From: Bacillota bacterium
Lineage (GTDB): Bacteria > Bacillota > Clostridia > Peptostreptococcales > Anaerovoracaceae
Direction of reading: 5' to 3'
Length of the DNA stretch: 64,000 nucleotides
Assembly: GCA_017536365.1 (NCBI GenBank)
Contig: JAFXHN010000057.1
Location: 2,476-66,475, forward strand
Below the pieces are notes generated by a model that was not told the origin of the DNA, did not search any database, and worked only from the letters and a program-made list of their open reading frames with translations. Below, one piece after another: positions 47,474-55,501 of this stretch. The translations under genes and the position numbers were made by a program. Positions within the stretch are counted from its first letter, which is position 1; the number at the start of each line of letters is the position of its first letter.

Positions 47474-48133
47474 ATGAAAGAATATATTGATCAGCTTTTA
47501 GAATATCCTTTGTTCGATGGAATAAAAGAGGAAGAATTGGGCCCGATGCTGGGGTGCTTAGGCGGACATATAAAAACATTTAAAAAAGGCGAGTACATTT
47601 TTCTGGAGCAGGAAGTGGTAAACCATATAGGACTTATAATCAGCGGAAGTATCGACATGGTCAAAGAAGACGTATGGGGCAATAAGACCATAATGGTAAG
47701 GATAAAGGAAAGAGATCTGTTTGGAGAATCCTTTGCCTGCGGCCTGAATCAGTCTTCCATAGTGACATTTTGTGCATCTTCGGATTCAAAGATAATGTTC
47801 CTTCCTTTTCAGAGGGTAATGCACTCCTGCAGCAGGTCCTGCGGGTTTCACCACAGACTGATAGAAAACATGGTCTTTGTTATAGCGGCAAAGAACAAGC
47901 AGCTTATGGAAAAGATAGAAGTAGTATCTAAAAAGACATTGAGAGAAAAGATCCTTGCATATCTTTCCCAGCAGGCTCAGGTTCAAGGAACCGAATACTT
48001 TGAGCTGCCTTTAGGCCGGGTGGAAATGGCGGAATACCTATGTGCAGACAGAAGCGCTTTAACAAGAGAATTGAATCTTATGCAGGCTGAAGGGCTGATA
48101 GATTATCACAGGAACACCTTTAGACTGCTGTAA
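47474..48133 (+). CDS. Crp/Fnr-family transcriptional regulator (HcpR-like by context)
   Basis: 219 aa. N-terminal cNMP-binding-like barrel and C-terminal HTH (RVEMAEYLCADRSALTRELNLMQ). Directly upstream of hcp. Confidence 0.8.
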   Translation: MKEYIDQLLEYPLFDGIKEEELGPMLGCLGGHIKTFKKGEYIFLEQEVVNHIGLIISGSIDMVKEDVWGNKTIMVRIKERDLFGESFACGLNQSSIVTFCASSDSKIMFLPFQRVMHSCSRSCGFHHRLIENMVFVIAAKNKQLMEKIEVVSKKTLREKILAYLSQQAQVQGTEYFELPLGRVEMAEYLCADRSALTRELNLMQAEGLIDYHRNTFRLL

Positions 48134-48143
48134 TGGTAATGAG

Positions 48144-48172
48144 CCTCGTTTCGTAAAGAAGCGGGGTTTTTT
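48144..48172 (+). terminator. intrinsic terminator after the Crp/Fnr gene
   Basis: CCTCGTTTC / GAAGCGGGG stem (two G-U pairs) followed by T6. Confidence 0.6.
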
Positions 48173-48187
48173 GTTGAAGAAAGGCAA

Positions 48188-48205
48188 ATGTTGCTTTTGC
48201 AACAT
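48188..48205. promoter_or_regulatory. perfect 7-4-7 palindrome ATGTTGC-TTTT-GCAACAT, candidate Crp/Fnr (HcpR) operator of hcp
   Basis: Centred at 48196.5, about 42 bp upstream of the start site implied by an extended -10 TGtATATTA (48224-48232). Confidence 0.5.
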
Positions 48206-48281
48206 ATCCAAAACCGACTCTCCTGTATATTAAACCTACAAGAAATACAGAATATCACATCGAATAAAAAGGAGAGTTAAT

Positions 48282-49883
48282 ATGGATAATAAAATGTTTT
48301 GTTTTCAGTGTGAACAGACAGCAGGCTGCACAGGATGTACAGGAGCAGCAGGAGTATGCGGGAAAAAAGCAGATACTGCAGAGATACAGGATAAAGTAAC
48401 AGGGGCGCTCATAGGTTTGGCAAGAGCCGTAGAAGGAAATGAAGATTCGGTAACATATGAAACTGACAAACTGATCCTTGAAGGTCTCTTTGCAGCTGTA
48501 ACAAATGTGGATTTTAACAATGATACTTTAAACGATCTTTTGAGCAGGATAAATGCAGAAAAGGAAAAACTCGTTCCTCTTTGTGAAGAGTGCGGTGCAC
48601 CTTGCGGCAGAAACGAAGATTTTGATATGAAGAAATTATGGTATGCTCATGAGGATATAAGATCCTTGAAATCTCTTATCCTGTTTGGGATCAGAGGGAT
48701 GGCGGCATATGCTTATCACGCAGATGTGCTGGGATATTCAGATCCTCAGATCAGCAGTTTCTTCTACAAAGCTTTGTATGCAGTATGTCAGGAGGATTGG
48801 GGAATGGAGGAACTTCTTCCTATAGTAATGGAAGTGGGAGAAGTAAATCTTAAATGCATGGCCCTGCTTGATCAGGCTAACACAGAGACCTTTGGAACAC
48901 CGGCACCGGCGGAAGTGACTTTAACTGTTGAAAAGGGACCTTTCATCGTCATCACAGGACATGATCTTTATTATTTAAAACAGCTTTTGGAACAGACAAT
49001 AGACAAGGGTATAAACGTATACACACATGGAGAGATGCTTCCGGCTCATGCTTATCCGCTTCTCAGAGAATATCCTCATCTTAAAGGCAACTTTGGAACT
49101 GCATGGCAGAATCAGCAGAAGGAATTTGCAGACATACCTGCGCCGATACTGTATACAACAAACTGTCTCATGCCGCCAAAGGCAAGCTATGCAGACAGGA
49201 TCTTCACAACAGAGGTGGTATCCTTTCCTGGAGCGGTACATATCGGAGAGGACAAGGATTTCAGCCCTGTGATCGAAAAGGCGCTTGAACTTGGGGGATA
49301 TCCGGAAGATGTAAGATTTACGGGTATTAACGGAGGAGATAAGGTGACTACCGGCTTTGGCCATGGTTTTGTGCTTTCGGTAGCGGAGACTGTTGTTGAG
49401 GCTGTGAAGAGCGGTTCTGTAAAACACTTCTTCCTCGTAGGCGGCTGTGATGGAGCTAAAGCAGGCAGAAACTACTATACAGATTTCGTGAAGAATACAC
49501 CGGAGGATTCCATAGTTCTTACTTTAGCTTGCGGCAAATATCGTTTCAATGATCTTGACTTGGGAACTATAGGGGGACTGCCAAGACTTATGGATATGGG
49601 GCAGTGCAATGATGCTTACAGCGCGATCAAAGTAGCAGTGGCTCTTTCAGAAGCTTTTGAGTGTTCTGTAAACGAACTGCCTCTTTCAATGGTACTTTCA
49701 TGGTATGAACAGAAAGCTGTATGTATACTTCTTACACTGCTTTACCTTGGGATCAAGGACATCCTTCTCGGGCCTTCACTTCCGGCTTTCGTGTCACCAA
49801 ATGTGCTGTCATTCCTTGTGGAGAACTATAATATTGCACCGATATCAGACCCGGAAACAGATATGAAAAAACTTTTGGGATAG
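48282..49883 (+). CDS. hcp: hydroxylamine reductase / hybrid-cluster protein
   Basis: 533 aa. N-terminal Cys cluster CFQCEQTAGCTGCTGAAGVCGK. Confidence 0.92.
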   Translation: MDNKMFCFQCEQTAGCTGCTGAAGVCGKKADTAEIQDKVTGALIGLARAVEGNEDSVTYETDKLILEGLFAAVTNVDFNNDTLNDLLSRINAEKEKLVPLCEECGAPCGRNEDFDMKKLWYAHEDIRSLKSLILFGIRGMAAYAYHADVLGYSDPQISSFFYKALYAVCQEDWGMEELLPIVMEVGEVNLKCMALLDQANTETFGTPAPAEVTLTVEKGPFIVITGHDLYYLKQLLEQTIDKGINVYTHGEMLPAHAYPLLREYPHLKGNFGTAWQNQQKEFADIPAPILYTTNCLMPPKASYADRIFTTEVVSFPGAVHIGEDKDFSPVIEKALELGGYPEDVRFTGINGGDKVTTGFGHGFVLSVAETVVEAVKSGSVKHFFLVGGCDGAKAGRNYYTDFVKNTPEDSIVLTLACGKYRFNDLDLGTIGGLPRLMDMGQCNDAYSAIKVAVALSEAFECSVNELPLSMVLSWYEQKAVCILLTLLYLGIKDILLGPSLPAFVSPNVLSFLVENYNIAPISDPETDMKKLLG

Positions 49884-49994
49884 AAGAGGGGAATACCTGT
49901 AAACTGTTGAAAAATCAATATTTAATGGTATAATTCTAATATATTTTAAAAAGCATAGAGTGAAGAATAAGGCTTAAAAGGAGGTATACTTTAT

Positions 49995-50588
49995 ATGAAA
50001 AAGAAATTATTGGCGTTAATGATGGTGCTTGCTTTAGTGATGATACCTTTGGCTGGCTGCGGAGGCTCAGATGAAGCTAATGATACTGTTGAAAATACAG
50101 ACACACCTACAGAATTCTATTATTCATTTCAAATCTACGGTATAGATGAGGCGATGCTGGCTATCACATTTGTTGATGAAAACGGAGAGCCGTATGTAGA
50201 AGAAACAGGATCTTACGGATGGTTTGGAACACCGGAAATGACTATAGGTCAGATGATGGAAGAATGGGATATCCAGTCTATTGAACCTAAATGTGATGAA
50301 TATGAATTCCTGGGATGGAAAGCAGTAGAAGAAGTTGTCGAGACTGATGAATCAGGGGTTGAAAAATTCGTACAAAAAGAACTATATGACGGAAAAGTAT
50401 TTACACTTGAAGAAGTGAAGACTTTAGAATTACTGCCAACAGATATCTATTTCAACTCGGTTTGGGATCTGGTATGCGGCGGCTGTGAAGAACGCAAAAT
50501 TTGCGATGTATACTACATAGACGATGAACGTTATTTCGTATGCAAAGACTGCTATGAAGAATTTGCAACAGGTATGGGATTGATATAA
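49995..50588 (+). CDS. hypothetical lipoprotein with C-terminal Cys-rich motif
   Basis: Signal peptide plus lipobox LAGC. C-terminal CGGCEERKIC...CKDC. Confidence 0.55.
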   Translation: MKKKLLALMMVLALVMIPLAGCGGSDEANDTVENTDTPTEFYYSFQIYGIDEAMLAITFVDENGEPYVEETGSYGWFGTPEMTIGQMMEEWDIQSIEPKCDEYEFLGWKAVEEVVETDESGVEKFVQKELYDGKVFTLEEVKTLELLPTDIYFNSVWDLVCGGCEERKICDVYYIDDERYFVCKDCYEEFATGMGLI

Positions 50589-50601
50589 CAGTAAAAGAAA
50601 G

Positions 50602-50638
50602 CCCTATCTATGGTCAAACATAGATAGGGTGTTTTTTT
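50602..50638. terminator. bidirectional intrinsic terminator
   Basis: CCCTATCTA / TAGATAGGG stem followed by T7. Lies between convergent genes. Confidence 0.75.
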
Positions 50639-50648
50639 GAATATAAGG

Positions 50649-51014
50649 CTAAAGCTTTGCCACATGTTTTTTTAATGCATCGAAGCTTTCTTCGCTGATC
50701 ACGTGTTCCATCCTGCAGGCATCTTCCGCTGCAACTTCAGGATCCACTCCAAGTGCAACAAAGAAGCTGGTTATGATCTGGTGACGTTCAAGTACGCTTT
50801 CGGCGATCTTGAGCCCCGTATCTGTTAAAGAGATATTGCCTCCGTTATCAACGGTTATATATTCCTTCTGTCGGAGATTTTTCATGGCAACGCTTACGCT
50901 GGGTTTGGAGAAATTAAGCTCTGTGGCAATGTCGATAGAACGAACATATCCCTGACGCTTGGATAGGATCAATATGGTTTCTAAGTAGTTTTCTGCCGAT
51001 TCATGTATCACCAT
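50649..51014 (-). CDS. DtxR/IdeR/MntR-family metal-dependent repressor (no SH3-like domain)
   Basis: 121 aa. Motifs ENYLETILIL and KPSVSVAMKNL (HTH), plus the metal-site region ACRMEHVIS. Confidence 0.85.
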   Translation of the reverse strand: MVIHESAENYLETILILSKRQGYVRSIDIATELNFSKPSVSVAMKNLRQKEYITVDNGGNISLTDTGLKIAESVLERHQIITSFFVALGVDPEVAAEDACRMEHVISEESFDALKKHVAKL

Positions 51015-51111
51015 TTTTATACTCCTCTAATACAAATATTATGTATTTAGAATTTATCATAATGTGACGGAAAAGAAAAGAAAATATTGAAAAAAATAGG
51101 GACACAGGATA

Positions 51112-51140
51112 TTGACAATATTAAACGGTTATGTTAGACT
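51112..51140 (+). promoter_or_regulatory. sigma-A promoter of the feo operon
   Basis: TTGACA (51112-51117), 17-nt spacer, TAGACT (51135-51140). Confidence 0.5.
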
Positions 51141-51153
51141 AACTGCAGTTAGT
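51138..51153. promoter_or_regulatory. 16-bp perfect palindrome ACTAACTGCAGTTAGT, candidate DtxR-family operator
   Basis: Overlaps the -10 and start site of the feoA promoter. TTAG/CTAA-rich arms resemble IdeR/DtxR boxes. The divergent repressor gene is adjacent. Confidence 0.55.
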
Positions 51154-51188
51154 TGATACTAATCGATAAATCTGTTATGGAGGATGTT

Positions 51189-51404
51189 ATGGATTTAAAG
51201 AAAGTTCATACAGGTGAAGAATATATAATTAAAGAAATCTTAACTAATGATGAGGAGCTGGATGCATTCCTTTTCTCGCTAGGGTGTTATTCCGGAGAGC
51301 CGATAACAGTGGTTTCACATCTGAGAGGCGGATGTGTAGTGTCCATTAAAGATGGAAGATATTCCATAGACAATGCACTGGCAAAAGCTATAATAGTACA
51401 GTAG
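51189..51404 (+). CDS. feoA: FeoA-domain protein
   Basis: About 71 aa from ATG 51189 (MDLKKVHTGEEYIIKEI...). SH3-like FeoA pattern. Upstream of feoB. Confidence 0.8.
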   Translation: MDLKKVHTGEEYIIKEILTNDEELDAFLFSLGCYSGEPITVVSHLRGGCVVSIKDGRYSIDNALAKAIIVQ

Positions 51405-51407
51405 GTG

Positions 51408-51440
51408 TTGTGGTGAGGCTGTCACCACAATATATTTTTT
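51408..51440 (+). terminator. terminator-like hairpin between feoA and feoB
   Basis: TTGTGGTGA / TCACCACAA stem, 5-nt loop, then TATATTTTTT. Confidence 0.45.
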
Positions 51441-51531
51441 CAAAGGAGTTAGTCATAACTACCTCAAGCAAACTCATACATATATAGAAATAAGACAAGT
51501 TATCAAACGTATTTTACAGGAGGATAATAAA

Positions 51532-53519
51532 ATGCGAATTGCTTTGATCGGTAATCCAAACAGTGGCAAGACAACGATGTACAATGCGCTTACCGGAAGA
51601 AATGAAAGAGTGGGAAATTGGGCAGGAGAACTGTAGATAAAAAAGAAAGCAGTATAAAGAAAAGCTTTTACAGCGGTTCAGAAGAACTGGTGGCAGTAGA
51701 TCTGCCGGGAGCTTATTCAATGTCTCCGTTCACATCTGAAGAAAGCATCGCAAGCGGATATGTAAAACACGAAAATCCGGACGTAATGATCAACATAGTA
51801 GATGCTACGAATCTCAGTCGAAGCTTGTTTTTCACAACACAGCTTATGGAACTTGGGATCCCTATGGTGGTGGCTCTTAACAAAAGCGACGTAAACGAAA
51901 AAAGGCAGACAAAGATAGATGCAGTAAAGCTTAGCGAAAAACTGGGATGTCCTGTGATCGAAACCGTCTCTATCACAGCGTCTGACAAAGGACTTGCAAA
52001 GCTTGTAGAGTCAGCTGTGGCGCAAAAAGGAAAAGTTCAGACAGCCCCTTACGTGCAGGATTCGATCGACCTTAATGACAAAGCTCAAGTTAAAGAAGCT
52101 GACAGAAAGCGTTTCGAATATGTAAACAGGCTTGTAAAAGAAGTTGAAACAAGAAAAGTACTTACAAAAGACAGAAATATAAACGACAAAATAGACGTAG
52201 TCTTAACAAACAAATGGATAGGTATACCTATCTTTGCGGCGGTAATGTTTCTTGTATTTCACATTTCGCAGGCTACGCTGGGACCTTGGATAGCGGATTA
52301 TCTCGTGGGATGGATAGAAGTATTCCAGGGTGTGGTGGCAGAAGCTGTTGCAGATGCATCTCCATTCCTTCAGTCTCTTCTCGTTGACGGCATGATAGGC
52401 GGTGTAGGTGCGGTAATAGGATTCCTGCCGCTGGTAATGGTAATGTACTTCCTTATAGCTATACTTGAAGACGTTGGTTATATGGCCCGTGTAAGCGTGG
52501 TTTTGGATCCTATATTTAAAAGAGTAGGCCTGTCCGGGAAATCAGTTATTCCTTTCGTTATCACAACTGGATGTGCTATCCCGGGTATCATGGCCAGCCG
52601 TACCATCAAAAACGAAAGAGAAAGAAGAGCAACGGCAATGTTGGCTCCATTTATGCCGTGCGGAGCAAAGCTTCCTGTAATCGCATTGTTTGCCGGAGTA
52701 TTTTTCGGAGATGCGGCGTGGGTAGGTACACTTATGTACTTCGTTGGTATCGTGCTCATATTCTTTGGGGCTTTACTTGTGAATAAGATCGCAGGACACA
52801 AGACCAGAAAATCTTTCTTCATCGTGGAACTGCCGGATTACAAGGCTCCAAGCGTGAAAAGAGCGTTTCTCTCAATGTGCTCCCGCGGATGGGCATACAT
52901 AGTAAAAGCAGGAACTGTTATCCTTGTGTGCAATACCGTTATTCAGATCATGCAGACATTCGATTGGAGACTGCAGGTGGTGGAAGAAGGTATGGAGCAT
53001 ACTTCTATCCTGGCAAGCATTGCTTCGCCGTTTGCTGTACTTCTTATCCCTCTCGGCTTTGGTGCATGGCAGCTGGCGGCTGCAGCGGTTACAGGCTTTA
53101 TAGCTAAAGAAAATGTTGTTGGAACATTAGCTGTAGTATACGGGATCACAAACTTTATAAACACAGAAGAACTTGTTCTCATGGGCGGTGCAAATGAAGT
53201 TGCGGCAATGCTTGGCCTTTCGTCAGCAGCGGCACTGGCCTACCTGATGTTCAACCTTTTTACACCTCCTTGTTTCGCGGCTATCGGCGCTATGAACTCT
53301 GAGATCAAGAGCAAGAAATGGCTGTTTGGAGGTATCGGTCTTCAGCTTGGAACGGGCTACACTGTGGCATTCCTCGTATATCAGACAGGAACACTTATAA
53401 CAGAAGGTACACTTGGTACAGGTTTTATTCCGGGGCTTATCGCGGTTGCGGTTATGGCAGCGTTTGTTATCTGCCTCATAAAGAAGGCAGACAGAGATGC
53501 TGCTAAGGAATATGCGTAA
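51532..53519 (+). pseudogene. feoB: ferrous iron transporter FeoB, interrupted by a 1-nt frameshift after the G1 motif
   Basis: ATG 51532 gives MRIALIGNPNSGKTTMYNALTGRNERVGNWAGEL, then TAG at 51634-51636. The rest (RTVDKKE...DLPGAYS..., 633-aa ORF to 53519) is in the -1 frame. The join is at about 51627-51630. Confidence 0.85.
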
Positions 53520-53549
53520 ATAAATAACATGTTTTAGGGAGATGCAGGT

Positions 53550-53753
53550 ATGAAAGATTTGATCATAATAGCACTGGTACTAATTATCGTAGCAGGAGCG
53601 GTGTTCTATATAATAAAGGCAAAAAAAAGCGGCGTGAAATGTATCGGATGTACGGCGGCTGCAAGCTGTTCCAGAAATCCCGGTTCCGTAGAAGGCTGCA
53701 GCTGCAGCAACGGTCCGGAGGGCTGCGGATACCATACCGATGCTGAAGAATAA
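53550..53753 (+). CDS. FeoB-associated Cys-rich small membrane protein
   Basis: 67 aa. One TM helix then a CIGC...C...CSC...C tail. Directly after feoB. Confidence 0.7.
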   Translation: MKDLIIIALVLIIVAGAVFYIIKAKKSGVKCIGCTAAASCSRNPGSVEGCSCSNGPEGCGYHTDAEE

Positions 53754-53939
53754 ATATTTAAGTTATCAATAAGCGGGATCAGGGAGGTCCCGCTTTTGGA
53801 TATTTTTGAAGGGATGTGGGATAATATTTGTATTTTAATAAGGATATTTGATAAAGAAGACGATTAATCCGTTCCAATTATCCTGAAGTGGTGGTATAAT
53901 AGATAAGATTTAATAAAACAGAGCAGGAGAGATTTTGAA

Positions 53940-55334
53940 ATGAAGGATATTCAGATCAGACAGATATTCAGAAACACAGACGAGTATGCAGGAAAAGAAA
54001 TAACAGTAAGAGGTTGGGTAAGGACCAACCGCAGCTCAAATAAATTTGGATTTATAGAACTCAATGACGGTACTTTCTTCAAGTCAGTACAGGTGGTTTA
54101 TGAACAGGAATTCATCACAAACTTCGAAGAAATTTCAAAAGCTCCGATAGCAGCGGCTTTAATGGTCAAAGGAACACTTGCTTTAACACCTGGCGCAAAA
54201 CAGCCTTTCGAAATCAAAGCATCAGAAGTAGTGATCGAAGCTGATTCTGCAGCGGACTATCCTCTCCAGAAGAAGAGACACAGCATGGAATTCCTCAGAG
54301 AGATCGCTCACCTCAGACCAAGAAGCAATACCTTCTCCGCAGTTTTCAGAGTAAGATCTTTGGTTGCATATGCTATCCATAAGTTCTTCCAGGACAATGA
54401 TTTCGTATATGTGCATACACCTATCATTACAGGCAGCGACTGCGAAGGTGCAGGTGAAATGTTCAGAGTAACAACTCTTGATATGGAAGCTCCTGACAAG
54501 AACGAAGACGGCAGCATCGATTACACAAAAGATTTCTTCGGTAAAGAAACAAGCCTTACAGTATCAGGACAGCTTGAAGCAGAAACCTTTGCTATGGCGT
54601 TCAGAAACATTTATACTTTCGGGCCTACATTCAGAGCAGAAAACTCAAACACAGCAAGACATGCTTCTGAATTCTGGATGATCGAGCCGGAAGTTGCCTT
54701 TGCGGACCTCAACGACAATATGGATCTTGCAGAAGCAATGATCAAATACATCATAAAATTCGTTATGGAAAAAGCTCCTGAAGAAATGCAGTTCTTCAAC
54801 AGCTTTATTGACAAAGGTCTCCTTGACAGACTGGACAACATCGTAAATTCTGACTTTGCAAGGATCACTTATACAGAAGCGGTAGACCTTCTTCTGAAAG
54901 CAGATAAAGAGTTCCAGTATCCTGTTGAATGGGGTATCGACCTTCAGACAGAACACGAAAGATATATTACAGAAGAAATATATAAAAAGCCTGTATTCGT
55001 TACAGATTATCCAAAGGATATCAAGGCCTTCTATATGAGACTCAATGATGACAACAAGACTGTTGCGGCTTGTGACCTTCTCGTGCCGGGCGTAGGAGAG
55101 ATCATCGGAGGTTCTCAGAGAGAAGAACGTTACGACGTGCTTACACAGAGAATGGAAGAAATGGGACTCAACGAAGCTGATTACTGGTGGTACCTTGACC
55201 TTAGAAAATACGGCGGAGTTAAACACGCAGGATACGGTCTTGGCTTTGAAAGGATCATTATGTACATCACAGGTATGTCAAATATCAGAGACGTACTCCC
55301 GTTCCCAAGAACACCTAAGACAGCAGAGTTCTAA
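53940..55334 (+). CDS. asnS: asparaginyl-tRNA synthetase
   Basis: 464 aa. Class IIb OB domain, motifs FRAENS and GYGLGFER. Confidence 0.92.
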   Translation: MKDIQIRQIFRNTDEYAGKEITVRGWVRTNRSSNKFGFIELNDGTFFKSVQVVYEQEFITNFEEISKAPIAAALMVKGTLALTPGAKQPFEIKASEVVIEADSAADYPLQKKRHSMEFLREIAHLRPRSNTFSAVFRVRSLVAYAIHKFFQDNDFVYVHTPIITGSDCEGAGEMFRVTTLDMEAPDKNEDGSIDYTKDFFGKETSLTVSGQLEAETFAMAFRNIYTFGPTFRAENSNTARHASEFWMIEPEVAFADLNDNMDLAEAMIKYIIKFVMEKAPEEMQFFNSFIDKGLLDRLDNIVNSDFARITYTEAVDLLLKADKEFQYPVEWGIDLQTEHERYITEEIYKKPVFVTDYPKDIKAFYMRLNDDNKTVAACDLLVPGVGEIIGGSQREERYDVLTQRMEEMGLNEADYWWYLDLRKYGGVKHAGYGLGFERIIMYITGMSNIRDVLPFPRTPKTAEF

Positions 55335-55356
55335 AAAACTCCCTGAAATGAACGAA

Positions 55357-55383
55357 ACAGCGCCTTTTGGTGCTGTTTTTTTT
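55357..55383 (+). terminator. intrinsic terminator after asnS
   Basis: ACAGCGCC-TTTT-GGTGCTGT hairpin followed by a T-run. Confidence 0.7.
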
Positions 55384-55501
55384 ACGGAACCCCTTGAAAT
55401 TGCTATTTACGACACTTGTTTTAAATGATATAATATACAAGTGTTACTTTTAGGACGGACAAAATTTAAATAAAATATATATTCAGGAGGAATCACAAAT
55501 T

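Noticed and set aside
51622-51636. Programmed -1 ribosomal frameshift in feoB. A -1 slip after GGA would give exactly NWAGRTVDKKE.
   Set aside because: There is no X-XXY-YYZ slippery heptamer and no obvious downstream structure. A 1-nt deletion or sequencing error is the simpler explanation.
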